A stretch of DNA of 64,000 nt from an uncultured Acidimicrobiia bacterium (lineage in GTDB: Bacteria; Actinomycetota; Acidimicrobiia; IMCC26256; PALSA-555), in the NCBI GenBank assembly GCA_963720675.1, contig CAVRGH010000007.1, positions 64,605-128,604 of the forward strand. The letters run 5' to 3'. Position numbers and translations under genes: made by a program. Shown here piece by piece: positions 1 through 10,323 of this stretch. The notes below the pieces were generated by a model. That model did not search any database. It saw nothing but the letters and a program-made list of their open reading frames with translations, and was not told where the DNA came from. Position 1 is the first letter of the stretch, and the number at the start of each line of letters is the position of its first letter.

Positions 1-1323
<1,323 letters not shown>

Positions 1324-1333
1324 GAGACGCGCA

Positions 1334-2095
1334 GTGAAGGTCACGCTCAAGGTGTGGCGTCAGGCCGGGCCCGACGCCAAGGGTGCGTTCCAGACCTACG
1401 AGGTCGACGACGTCAGCGAGGACATGTCGTTCCTCGAGCTGTTCGACGTGCTGAACGAGCGTCTGACGAAGGAAGGGACCGAAGCGGTCGCCTTCGACCA
1501 CGACTGCCGAGAGGGCATCTGCGGATCGTGCTCGATGATGATCAACGGACGGGCGCACGGTCCGGAGACCGGCACCGCGACCTGCCAGCTGTTCATGCGG
1601 AAGTTCGAGGACGGCGCCCACATCACGGTCGAGCCGTGGCGGGCGAAGGCGTTCCCGATCGTGAAGGACCTTTGCGTCGACCGATCGCCGTTCGACCGGA
1701 TCATCGAGGCAGGTGGCTACATCACCGTCCCGACCGGCACGGCTCCGGACGCGAACCTCATCCTGGTGCCCAAGGAGGTCTCGGACGCCGCGATGGACGC
1801 CGCGGCCTGCATCGGCTGCGGCGCCTGCGTCGCTGCGTGTCCGAACGGTGCCGCACAGCTCTTCACCGCCGCGAAGCTCCAGCACCTCAACCTCCTCCCG
1901 CAGGGACAGCCCGAGCGGTGGGCGCGCACCGTCGCCATGGTCGACGAGATGGAGGAGTGGTTCGGCTCGTGCACGAACCACGGAGAGTGCGAGGCCGCGT
2001 GCCCGAAGGAGATCTCGATCGACTTCATCGCACTGCTGAACCGCGACTACATCCGGGCGCAGTTCAAGCAGCGGCGCCTCGCCGGCCAGAAGTAG
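1334..2095 (+). CDS. sdhB: succinate dehydrogenase/fumarate reductase iron-sulfur subunit
   Basis: GTG 1334 is in frame inside track ORF 1085..2095. Three Cys clusters (CREGICGSC, CIGCGACVAAC, CTNHGECEAAC) match the 2Fe-2S/4Fe-4S/3Fe-4S ligand pattern. The upstream part of the track ORF overlaps sdhA and is Arg/Ser-rich junk. Confidence 0.9.
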   Translation: MKVTLKVWRQAGPDAKGAFQTYEVDDVSEDMSFLELFDVLNERLTKEGTEAVAFDHDCREGICGSCSMMINGRAHGPETGTATCQLFMRKFEDGAHITVEPWRAKAFPIVKDLCVDRSPFDRIIEAGGYITVPTGTAPDANLILVPKEVSDAAMDAAACIGCGACVAACPNGAAQLFTAAKLQHLNLLPQGQPERWARTVAMVDEMEEWFGSCTNHGECEAACPKEISIDFIALLNRDYIRAQFKQRRLAGQK

Positions 2096-2101
2096 GCGCG
2101 C

Positions 2102-2115
2102 TCCGCTTCGGCGGA
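2102..2115 (+). terminator. short stem-loop after sdhB (TCCGC-TTCG-GCGGA)
   Basis: A 5-bp inverted repeat with a tetraloop lies 7 nt after the sdhB stop. There is no U tract. Confidence 0.3.
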
Positions 2116-2196
2116 CAGCAAGACGAAAGACAGCCGTAACCTGCAGCAAGCGGCTCGGAAATCTTCGCGCCCGAACCCTGGGCTTGGCTCACGAGC

Positions 2197-4002
2197 GTGA
2201 TCCGATCTCCCGTCGCCGACTACCTCGAGACGGTCCACGACGAATGCCGGTCGATCCGATCCGGCGCTGTCGCCGACTACATCCCCGAGCTCGCGAAGGC
2301 TGATCCGGACTGGTTCGGCATCGTGCTGGCCACGGTCGACGGACAGATCTACGAGGTCGGCGACGCGTCACAGCAGTTCACGATCCAATCGGTGTCGAAA
2401 CCGTTTGCGTACGGGGCCATGCTCGACGCCCACGGCCACGCGATGGTCGAGAAGCGCGTCGGCGTCGAGCCGACCGGCAACGCGTTCAACGCGATCCTTG
2501 TCGACGAGGGCTCGCGCCGACCGTTCAACCCCATGGTCAACGCCGGCGCGATCGTGACCACGGGGCTCGCCCCGGGCTTCGACGACGACGAGCGCCGAAG
2601 CGGGCTGTTCGACGGACTCAGCCGCTTCGCCGGACGGCCACTGGAGATCGATCGGGTCGTCTATGAGTCCGAACACTCGACCGGACATCGGAACCGGGCG
2701 CTCGCGCACCTGATGCGCTCGTACGAGATGCTGGAAGACGTCGACGCCGCGCTCGATCTGTACTTCGAGCAATGCTCGCTGATCGTCAGCTGCCGCGACC
2801 TCGCGGTGATGGCGGCGACACTCGCGAACGCGGGTGTCAACCCGCTGACGCACGAGCGCGTCATCCACGATCGGAATGTCGAGCGAGTCCTCAGCGTGAT
2901 GAGCAGCTGCGGCATGTACGACTACGCCGGCGAGTGGGACTACACCGTCGGGCTCCCCGCCAAGAGCGGAGTGTCGGGCGGACTGATCGCGGTGCTGCCC
3001 GGTCAGCTCGCGATCGCCGTGTACTCACCGCCGCTCGACGAGCGGGGCAACACGGTGCGCGGCATCGCCGTGTGCGAGCGCCTCTCGCGTGATCTCGAGC
3101 TGCACGGCAAGCGCGCTCGCCGTCGCGGTGCCTCTGCGGTGCGGCGTACCTACTCCGGCGCAGACGTGCGCTCGAGTCGCGTGCGGCCCACCGAGGAGCA
3201 GATCCTCCTCGCCGAGCGCGGTCGGCAGGTCGCGGTCTTCGAGCTCCAGGGCGACCTGATGTTCTCGAATGTGGAACCCGTCCACCGGATCGTCGACGAC
3301 TCGCTCGAAGGCGTCCAATACGTGGTCCTCGACTTCCGTCGAGTGGGCGCGATCGACGCACCTGCTGCCACCGTCCTGCACGGCATCGTCGACGCGCTGA
3401 GCGAGGCGGGACGCGTGACGCTCCTCACCTACGTCTCGGAGACGGAGACCCGCTACGCCGATCACGTCGAGGCGATCGGTGCCCGGTCCTTCGACGTGAC
3501 CGACACGGCACTCCAGTGGTGCGAGGAGCAGCTCCTGGCCGGTGACTTGGTGACCGCCGGAGCCGAGCTGGCGGGACAGGAGCTGTTGCGAGGCCTCGAC
3601 GAAGCCGAGCTCGACGCGGTCGCCCGCGCGACGGTGCTCGAGAACTTGCAGCCCGGCGACCTCGTGATCCGCGAGGGCGAAGAAGCCGACACCGTCTACT
3701 TCCTGCTCGAGGGTGTCGTCAGCGTTCGCCTCGAGCTCGCCGGAACCGGCCGGTCCCGCACGATCGCGTCCTTCGGACCCGGCGTCGCATTCGGTGAAGC
3801 CGCGCTCCTCGACGAGCGGGAGCGGTCCGCCAATGTGCAGGCAGAGGAGCCGGCGGTCGTCGCCGGCTTGCCGCTGAGCGCGCTGGACGCGCTCGAGCAC
3901 GAGTTCCCCGACCTGAACGGGAAGATGCTCGCCAACGTCGCGCGCGTCCTCGCCGCCCGCCTACGGGCCGCCAACAGCCAGATCCGCGCCCTCGAGCACT
4001 GA
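2197..4002 (+). CDS. glsA: glutaminase A fused to STAS-like and cyclic-nucleotide-binding domains
   Basis: This is a 601-aa ORF. The N-terminal ~310 aa carry glutaminase blocks (FTIQSVSKPF, FNPMVNAGAI, GLPAKSGVSGG). The middle has a STAS-like segment (VFELQGDLMFSN...VVLDFRRV). The C-terminal part is cNMP-binding-like (LVIREGEEADTVYFLLEG...FGEAALLDERERSANV). Confidence 0.85.
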   Translation: MIRSPVADYLETVHDECRSIRSGAVADYIPELAKADPDWFGIVLATVDGQIYEVGDASQQFTIQSVSKPFAYGAMLDAHGHAMVEKRVGVEPTGNAFNAILVDEGSRRPFNPMVNAGAIVTTGLAPGFDDDERRSGLFDGLSRFAGRPLEIDRVVYESEHSTGHRNRALAHLMRSYEMLEDVDAALDLYFEQCSLIVSCRDLAVMAATLANAGVNPLTHERVIHDRNVERVLSVMSSCGMYDYAGEWDYTVGLPAKSGVSGGLIAVLPGQLAIAVYSPPLDERGNTVRGIAVCERLSRDLELHGKRARRRGASAVRRTYSGADVRSSRVRPTEEQILLAERGRQVAVFELQGDLMFSNVEPVHRIVDDSLEGVQYVVLDFRRVGAIDAPAATVLHGIVDALSEAGRVTLLTYVSETETRYADHVEAIGARSFDVTDTALQWCEEQLLAGDLVTAGAELAGQELLRGLDEAELDAVARATVLENLQPGDLVIREGEEADTVYFLLEGVVSVRLELAGTGRSRTIASFGPGVAFGEAALLDERERSANVQAEEPAVVAGLPLSALDALEHEFPDLNGKMLANVARVLAARLRAANSQIRALEH

Positions 4003-4011
4003 GCCGCGCGG

Positions 4012-5154
4012 CTAGGCCAGCGCGGCCTCGAGGTCCCCGATGAGGTCGTCGATCGACTCGAGGCCGACGGACAGCCGGACGAGCGCCGGATCGACCGCGA
4101 GCGGGGAGTCGGCAGCCGAGGCGTGGGTCATCTGCGCCGGGTGCTCGATGAGCGACTCGACCGCGCCGAGTGACTCGGCCAACGTGAACACGGTGGTCCG
4201 AGCGACGAGCGCGAGCGCGGCTTCCTCCCCGCCGGCGGCGAGGAAGCTCACCATGCCGCCGAAGTCTCGCATCTGACGCGACGCGACCTCGTGGCCCGCG
4301 TGCTCGGCGAGGCCCGGCCACAGCACCCGATCGACGGCGGGATGCGCGACGAGCATGGCGGCGACGGCGCGAGCGTTCGACGAGTGCCGGTCCATGCGGA
4401 CACCCAGCGTCTTGACGCCGCGCAGCACGAGGTAGCAGTCGAACGGCGACGGCACCGCGCCGACCGCGTTCTGGAGGTACGCGAGCTGATCGGCGATCCC
4501 GTCGTTGCTCGTCGCCACGAAGCCGCCGACGACGTCGGAGTGCCCGCCGAGGTACTTCGTGCTCGAGTGCACGACGACGTCGGCGCCGAGCGAGAGGGGC
4601 GTCTGGAGGTAGGGCGTGGCGAACGTGTTGTCGACGACGAGCCGAGCGTCGTGCGCGTGTGCGACGTCGGCGACCGCGGCGATGTCGACGACGGTGAGCA
4701 TCGGGTTCGTGGGCGTCTCGACCCAGACGACCTTCGTGCTCGGTCGGAACGCCGCCGCGAGCGCCGCGGGATCGGTGAGATCAACGGCCGTCCACTCGAC
4801 CCCCGCGCCGGCCAGCACGTTCGCGACGAGCCGGTAGGTCCCGCCGTAGGCGTCGTCCGGGATCACGATGTGGTCACCGGGTGTGAGCAGGGCGCGCAGG
4901 GTCGTGTCCTCCGCGGCCATGCCACTCGCGAAGGCGAGCCCGCGCGTTGCTCCCTCCAGCGAGGCGAGGCACTCCTCGAGTGCGCGCCGCGTCGGGTTTC
5001 CCGTACGGGCGTACTCGAAGCCCCCGTGCTTCCCGACCTCGTCCTGCCGGAACGTCGTGGCGAGGCTGATCGGTGTGACCACGGCACCGGTGATCGGATC
5101 GGGCTCCTGCCCGACGTGGATCGCGCGCGTCTCGAACCCGGCCGACTCGCTCAT
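4012..5154 (-). CDS. metB: cystathionine gamma-lyase/gamma-synthase family PLP enzyme
   Basis: This is a 380-aa ORF with FETRAIHVGQ at the N terminus and the PLP-lysine block HSSTKYLGGHSD. Its start lies 1 nt after the cbs stop, giving an operon layout. Confidence 0.85.
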   Translation of the reverse strand: MSESAGFETRAIHVGQEPDPITGAVVTPISLATTFRQDEVGKHGGFEYARTGNPTRRALEECLASLEGATRGLAFASGMAAEDTTLRALLTPGDHIVIPDDAYGGTYRLVANVLAGAGVEWTAVDLTDPAALAAAFRPSTKVVWVETPTNPMLTVVDIAAVADVAHAHDARLVVDNTFATPYLQTPLSLGADVVVHSSTKYLGGHSDVVGGFVATSNDGIADQLAYLQNAVGAVPSPFDCYLVLRGVKTLGVRMDRHSSNARAVAAMLVAHPAVDRVLWPGLAEHAGHEVASRQMRDFGGMVSFLAAGGEEAALALVARTTVFTLAESLGAVESLIEHPAQMTHASAADSPLAVDPALVRLSVGLESIDDLIGDLEAALA

Positions 5155-5155
5155 C

Positions 5156-6562
5156 TCAGCCGGGCGCGCGCGCCGCGAGGAAGCTCAGCACGTCGGAGCG
5201 GGTGAGCACGCCGATCGGGTGGCCACCGTCGAGCACGAGCACCGACGAGGCGGCGTCGAGCCGGTCGACGACGTCGCTCACGGTCTCACCGATCCCGACC
5301 ATCGGCATCGCCGGCTCCATCACCTCGCCTGCGGGTCGGTCGAGGACCGATGGGTCGCGGAACGCCTTGTCCATGAGCTCGAGCTCGGACAACGTGCCGC
5401 TGACCTCCTTGGCCGCGAGGGGCGGCTCCTTGCTCACGCTCACGATGAGCTGCGACACGCCGAGGTCGCGCATCAACGAGAACCCCCGCCGCGCCGGCTC
5501 GTCGGGTGAGAGGAGCACCAGGTCGGGGATCGGTCCGTCGCCGGCTGCGGTTCGCTTGGCCTGGAGCACGTCGCCGGCCGTGGGCGCCTCGGCGCGGAGG
5601 AACCCGAAGCGCATCATCCACTCGTCGTTGTAGATCTTCGAGAGGTACCCGCGGCCGGAGTCGGGCAGCAGCACCACGACCAGGTCGTCGGGCCCGAGGT
5701 CCTCGCCGACCGCCAACGCCGCGTGCACGGCGGTCCCGCACGAGCCACCGATGAGCAGACCTTCCTCCCGCGTGACGCGGCGCGCCGCCGCGAAGGACTC
5801 CGCGTCGGTCACCATCACTGTGCGGTCGATCAAGGCCGGGTCATACGTGGGCGGCCAGAAGTCCTCGCCGACGCCCTCGACGAGGTACGGGCGACCCGTC
5901 CCGCCGGAGAACACCGACCCCTCGGGGTCGGCCCCGATGATCTGGACGTTCGGGTTCTGCGCCTTCAGGTACCGCGCGACACCTGTGATCGTGCCGCCCG
6001 TGCCCACGCCGGCGACGAAGTGCGTGACCGTGCCCGCGGTCTGGGCCCAGATCTCCGGGCCGGTCGACCGCTCGTGCTCGGCCGGGTTCGCCTGGTTGTA
6101 GTACTGGTTCGGCCGGTACGCGTTGGGGATCTCGTTCGTGAGACGGTCGGCCACCGAGTAATAGGAGTCCGGGTGCTCGGGCGGTACCGCGGTCGGGCAC
6201 ACGACCACCTCGGCGCCGTAGGCGCGCAGCAGCGCGACCTTCTCGTCGCTCATCTTGTCGGACATCACGAAGACGCAGCGATAGCCCCGCTGCGCAGCGA
6301 CGATCGCGAGCCCGACCCCGGTGTTGCCCGAGGTCGGTTCGACGATCGTGCCGCCGGGCTGCAGGAGCCCCTGGCGCTCGGCCTCGTCGATCATCGCGAT
6401 CGCGGGCCGGTCCTTGACGCTGCCCCCGGGGTTGAACAGCTCGACCTTCGCGACGACGTCACACGTGAGGTGCGACGCCACCCGCTTCAGCCGCACCAAG
6501 GGAGTGTTGCCGACGAGATCGAGCAGCGAGTCGGCGATCTGGGGCTCGAGGGGCTCGGTCAC
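5156..6562 (-). CDS. cbs: cystathionine beta-synthase (PLP fold plus two CBS repeats)
   Basis: The gene lies inside track ORF 5156..6811. Conserved sequence begins at VTEPLEPQIADSLLDLVGNTPLV (GTG 6562; GTGs at 6568/6571 are also possible). Motifs GGSVKDR and EPTSGNTG are present, and the C-terminal tandem CBS region resembles a CBS pair. The 80 upstream codons are Arg/Pro-rich and look non-coding. Confidence 0.85.
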   Translation of the reverse strand: MTEPLEPQIADSLLDLVGNTPLVRLKRVASHLTCDVVAKVELFNPGGSVKDRPAIAMIDEAERQGLLQPGGTIVEPTSGNTGVGLAIVAAQRGYRCVFVMSDKMSDEKVALLRAYGAEVVVCPTAVPPEHPDSYYSVADRLTNEIPNAYRPNQYYNQANPAEHERSTGPEIWAQTAGTVTHFVAGVGTGGTITGVARYLKAQNPNVQIIGADPEGSVFSGGTGRPYLVEGVGEDFWPPTYDPALIDRTVMVTDAESFAAARRVTREEGLLIGGSCGTAVHAALAVGEDLGPDDLVVVLLPDSGRGYLSKIYNDEWMMRFGFLRAEAPTAGDVLQAKRTAAGDGPIPDLVLLSPDEPARRGFSLMRDLGVSQLIVSVSKEPPLAAKEVSGTLSELELMDKAFRDPSVLDRPAGEVMEPAMPMVGIGETVSDVVDRLDAASSVLVLDGGHPIGVLTRSDVLSFLAARAPG

Positions 6563-6621
6563 GAGCACCACGGTAGTGGCAGCCGGGAACCGCGGCCCCG
6601 CCCGCGTTCGTCGGAACCACC

Positions 6622-7134
6622 ATGAACCGGAGACTGCTCGTGACCATCTGCCTCCTCCTGCTCGCGAGCGCGGTCGGGGCCGGGCCCGCGAATGCGCGCT
6701 CCGCACCCCGGGTCCCCCACCCGACCGCGTCCGAGGTGGTCGTCTTCCACACCGCCACGACCCCGAACTCCTGGGGCGGCGAGTACCCCGACGCGGTCGA
6801 GGTGACCGCATTCGGTGACGGGCGGATCGTGTTCGGCGACGGTGAGGAGCTCCGCGTCACCGAACGCGGCCTCCAGCGGCTGCTCCGGGGCGCACGCGAC
6901 GCCGGACTCCTCGACGACACCGACTTCGGCGAGTCCGGCGTGACCGATCAGGGCACGACGGCGGTCGAGGTGACGACCGACGATGCGGCGAACCAGGTCG
7001 CCGTCTACGCGCTCGAGCTGCCCGAGGGCGACCGCGGTCTCCCGAAGGCAGCGCGCCGCGCCCGGCGCGAGCTCCGCCACTTCCTGCACTCGCTCGACGC
7101 CGCCTTCTGGGACGGCACGCTGGTCACACGCTGA
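6622..7134 (+). CDS. secreted hypothetical protein
   Basis: This is a 170-aa ORF with a signal-peptide-like N terminus (MNRRLLVTICLLLLASAVGAGPANA). The composition looks coding. I recognised no family. Confidence 0.6.
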   Translation: MNRRLLVTICLLLLASAVGAGPANARSAPRVPHPTASEVVVFHTATTPNSWGGEYPDAVEVTAFGDGRIVFGDGEELRVTERGLQRLLRGARDAGLLDDTDFGESGVTDQGTTAVEVTTDDAANQVAVYALELPEGDRGLPKAARRARRELRHFLHSLDAAFWDGTLVTR

Positions 7135-7170
7135 GTGAGCCCCCGCCGCGACGGGCCTAGCCTCCTCGCC

Positions 7171-7680
7171 ATGCAGGATCACTCGTACTCGGTCGACATC
7201 TCCGCACCCCCCGAGGAGGTGTGGGAGCTCTTCTGGTACCGCGGGCCCGACCGCCCGCAACCGCGTGACGGTGTGACGCGCATCGACATCCTCCACCCCG
7301 GCGACGAGGTGGGTGAAGGGCTCGTCCGCCACTGCTCCTTCAAGGTCCCGAAGGTGCTCGGCTCGGGTGGCGTCGCGCAGTCCTGGGAGTGGCTCACGCA
7401 GGTGCAGCGTCCGGTCTCCTGGCGCTACGACGCGATCGGGAAGCCGCTCTGGTCGCGCGCGACGGGCTTCACCCGGCTCGAGGACCTCGGCGACGGGCGG
7501 ACCCGCATCCACTTTCGTGAGACGTACGAGACGTTCAACCCGTGGATGCGGCGACTCGGCCTCGAACGGTGGGTGCACCGGAAGATCTCGCGCGACAACG
7601 ACGAGATGATCGCCGCGCTCGAGGGCGGGCTCGGCTGGCACCGCAAGCGCCGCGCCCGCGAAGCCGAAGCGAAGTCCTAG
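7171..7680 (+). CDS. SRPBCC (START/polyketide-cyclase-like) family protein
   Basis: The track ORF is 7135..7680. ATG 7171 is preceded by TAGCCT plus 7 nt, a leaderless-type layout. The sequence YSVDISAPPEEVWELFW... is typical of an SRPBCC N terminus. Confidence 0.7.
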   Translation: MQDHSYSVDISAPPEEVWELFWYRGPDRPQPRDGVTRIDILHPGDEVGEGLVRHCSFKVPKVLGSGGVAQSWEWLTQVQRPVSWRYDAIGKPLWSRATGFTRLEDLGDGRTRIHFRETYETFNPWMRRLGLERWVHRKISRDNDEMIAALEGGLGWHRKRRAREAEAKS

Positions 7681-7690
7681 CTCCCCGGGA

Positions 7691-7737
7691 TTCTTGGCAC
7701 GTTGACACGCGCCATGCGCGGATCAGCGTGCCAAGAA
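7691..7737. repeat. structured intergenic palindromic element, copy A (second copy at 48092-48158)
   Basis: Sequence is TTCTTGGCACG-ttgaCACGCGCcatGCGCGgatcag-CGTGCCAAGAA: a perfect 11-bp outer stem and a 5-bp inner stem. It sits between convergent stops at 7680 (+) and 7764 (-). Confidence 0.65.
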
Positions 7738-7763
7738 CGGAAGAGGGGTCGACGGCGGGCGGG

Positions 7764-9164
7764 TCAGATGCGTTCGCGGGCCGCGCGGTAGTGCTCGCGG
7801 ATCGCTTCGGCGTCCGTGTTCGCCGACGGTTCCACCTCGCGGGCATCGTGCAGCTGCCACGCGGCGGCGACCTCGGTCGGTGACACGCCCAGCAGCACTG
7901 CAGCGCCCTGGACACACGCGCCGGTCGCGACCCGATCGCCCTTCGGCACCGAGATCGGTCGTGCTCCCAGGTCGGCGAGCGCACCCTGGATCGCGTGCGA
8001 GCGGGCGCCCTGCCCCATGAGGTAGCACCGGCCGCCGACCGGTACGTCGGCGGCGCGCAGCGCGTCGATCGCGTCCAGGATCGCGCACGCCACGCCTTCC
8101 ACCACGGCGCGCGCGACCAGCTCAGCACTGAGATCCGCGCGGATACCGCTCAGCACGCCTCCCGCGTCGACGGGTCGACCCGACAGCCGCCCCTCGAGCG
8201 CCGGCACGAGCACGAGGCCACTCGCGCCGGGGGCCGCGCCGAGGGCGAGCTGGTCGAAGCGACCGCGGTCGACCCCGAGCACGCCCGCGAACGACTCGAT
8301 GATCGATGCGACGTCGAGCGAGTCGACGAGCGGGAGGAAGCGCCCGGTCGCGTCGGCCAGACCGATCACGGAGCCCGACGGGTCCTCGGTCGGCCGTTCA
8401 CGCACGCTGAAGACCTTGCCGCTCGGTCCGAGGTCGACGACGACGTCGTGCGGCTCGAGCGCCAGTCCCAGGGCCGCACCCATCGCGTCGCCGGTCCCGG
8501 CCGCGATGACGACCCCCTCACGGTCGCCCGCGGGCTCGGACGGACCCAACACCTTCGGGAGGCAGGCCGCCCAGTTCTTCTCCGGTTCGACGAGCTCGAG
8601 GAGGTCGGGACGCCAGCGCTCTTCGCGCGGCGACCAGTAGCCCGTCCCGGACGCGTCGCCGCGGTCGGTGACCGCCCGTCGGCTCAGTCGGTAGGTGAGC
8701 CAGTCGTGCGGCTGGAGCACGGCTGCGATGCGCGCGAACGCTTCCGGCTCGGTGCGTCGCAACCACGCGAGCTTCGAGATCGTGAACGAGGGCGCCGGGA
8801 CGGAGCCGCACGCGGCCGCCCACTCGTCGGGGCCGAGGGCCTCGACCAACCGCTCGGCGTCGCCTGCGGCGGCTTCGTCGCCACGCACGCGAGCGGGCCG
8901 GACCAGCCGACCGCCCTCGTCGAGCACCACCAGCCCCGGCTGCTGCGCCGCGACCGCGACCGCAGCCACACCGAGCGCGCCGCCGGCCTCGTGCCGAGCC
9001 TCGACCAGCGCCTGCCACCAGACGGCCGGGTCCTGGTCGACCGCCCCGATGGACTCGGTCGGGTGGGCGACGCGGCCGGAACCGTAGAGACGACCGTCGT
9101 CGGAGTCGCGCAGCTCCACGGTCGTCGCGTGCGGCGACGAGTCGACTCCCAAGACGAGCGGCAC
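7764..9164 (-). CDS. FGGY-family carbohydrate kinase (xylulokinase-like)
   Basis: The gene lies inside track ORF 7764..9251. A likely GTG start at 9164 gives VPLVLGVDSS (FGGY N-terminal motif). AAGTGDAMGAALG and GQGARS blocks are present downstream. Confidence 0.8.
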   Translation of the reverse strand: MPLVLGVDSSPHATTVELRDSDDGRLYGSGRVAHPTESIGAVDQDPAVWWQALVEARHEAGGALGVAAVAVAAQQPGLVVLDEGGRLVRPARVRGDEAAAGDAERLVEALGPDEWAAACGSVPAPSFTISKLAWLRRTEPEAFARIAAVLQPHDWLTYRLSRRAVTDRGDASGTGYWSPREERWRPDLLELVEPEKNWAACLPKVLGPSEPAGDREGVVIAAGTGDAMGAALGLALEPHDVVVDLGPSGKVFSVRERPTEDPSGSVIGLADATGRFLPLVDSLDVASIIESFAGVLGVDRGRFDQLALGAAPGASGLVLVPALEGRLSGRPVDAGGVLSGIRADLSAELVARAVVEGVACAILDAIDALRAADVPVGGRCYLMGQGARSHAIQGALADLGARPISVPKGDRVATGACVQGAAVLLGVSPTEVAAAWQLHDAREVEPSANTDAEAIREHYRAARERI

Positions 9165-9225
9165 GGGTGGTCCCTCCCCGCCGGAACCGTGCCGGACGGC
9201 CCGGGCTCCCGCACCACGATACGGC

Positions 9226-10035
9226 GTGGCCGTGCGTGTGGGAAGGAACACGCAGCAACGCGCAATACAGTCTGGCCATGACCGACGCCCCGCCCCCTCC
9301 CCGCCCCCTCCGCCACCCCCTCCGCCGGAAGGAGCACCGGGACCGGGCTGGAACGCCCTCCCGAGCTCGGCGGCCGAGCGCGTGCGCGTTGCCTACCAGG
9401 CACGGGCGCAGAGCGATTACGTGTTCACCGGGCCGGGGCTGAACATCGTTCTGACGATCATCACGTGCGGGATCTTCGGCCTCTATCTCTTCTACCAGCT
9501 CATGCGCCGGGACAAAGATCACCTGCTCCGCCGGTACCAGCTGCTCGACGCCGCCAACGCGTTCGCGTGGGAACGCGCGAACGCGGCCGGCCTCGCGACC
9601 GAGCTCACGCCGAGCTTCGAGCGCAGCGCGGTCCACCTCGAGACCATGCGCCGGCAGACGACCGAGTTCCGAGACCCGGCGATCTGGGTGCTCATCGCGC
9701 TGGTCGCCGGTGCGCTCGCGCAGATCGTCGGGTTCGTCCTCATCGACCAGGATCTCGATACGCACGACCGCGCGGAAGGCGCGCTGGAGACGGAGCTCGC
9801 CACGATCTACGCGCGACTCGGGCAACCCCTCCCGACGCCCGACCCTTCACGAGTCAAGGGCAAGCAGAACTACGCAGCGCGCATCGTGGTGACCATCGTG
9901 ACGTGCGGCGTGTACCAGCTCTGGTGGCTCTACGACATGCAGGTGGAGGGCAACCGTCACCTCGAGCAGAACTGGCCCTGGGACGACGCGCTCGCTGCTG
10001 GAGTCCAATCGATCGCCGCCACCGACGCGGCCTGA
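9226..10035 (+). CDS. DUF4234-like membrane protein with Pro-rich N terminus (start uncertain)
   Basis: Two TCG[IV][FY]xL[YW]W/F-type hydrophobic motifs are present (TCGIFGLYLFYQL, TCGVYQLWWLYDM). GTG 9226 is the first in-frame start. A leaderless-looking ATG at 9278 (TACAGT + 6 nt) lies in another frame ahead of a C-rich tract, so a 1-nt frame change there is possible. Confidence 0.65.
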   Translation: MAVRVGRNTQQRAIQSGHDRRPAPSPPPPPPPPPEGAPGPGWNALPSSAAERVRVAYQARAQSDYVFTGPGLNIVLTIITCGIFGLYLFYQLMRRDKDHLLRRYQLLDAANAFAWERANAAGLATELTPSFERSAVHLETMRRQTTEFRDPAIWVLIALVAGALAQIVGFVLIDQDLDTHDRAEGALETELATIYARLGQPLPTPDPSRVKGKQNYAARIVVTIVTCGVYQLWWLYDMQVEGNRHLEQNWPWDDALAAGVQSIAATDAA

Positions 10036-10058
10036 GCAGCAGCGGACGGTCGAGCGGT

Positions 10059-10307
10059 CTACTCCGCGAACAGCTCGTCGGGGTCCTCGTCCGAGTCCGC
10101 GCTCTCGAACTCCTCGAGGTCGGTGACGATCCGGTCGACATCGGCCTGCGCACGCGCGATACGAGTCCGACACGTCGTCAGGAGCTCACTCGCTCGCCGG
10201 ACGCGCTCCGCCAGCACATCGACGTCGAGGTCGTCGCCCTCGAGCTCCTCGAGGATCCCCTCCAGCTCCGCCATCGCGTCTGCGTACCCCAGCTCGTCCT
10301 CGCTCAT
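10059..10307 (-). CDS. xseB: exodeoxyribonuclease VII small subunit
   Basis: ATG 10307 is inside track ORF 10059..10592. The 82-aa acidic helical protein (MSEDELGYADAMAELEGILEELE...) lies directly downstream of xseA. Confidence 0.9.
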   Translation of the reverse strand: MSEDELGYADAMAELEGILEELEGDDLDVDVLAERVRRASELLTTCRTRIARAQADVDRIVTDLEEFESADSDEDPDELFAE

Positions 10308-10323
10308 CAGTGCTCCTCGGTGC

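Noticed and set aside
7694-7710. TTGGCACG-N4-... inside the palindromic element, considered as a sigma-54 (-24/-12) promoter.
   Set aside because: The -12 TTGC element is absent at the right spacing. The motif is part of a perfect inverted repeat between convergent gene ends. Actinomycetota generally lack sigma-54.
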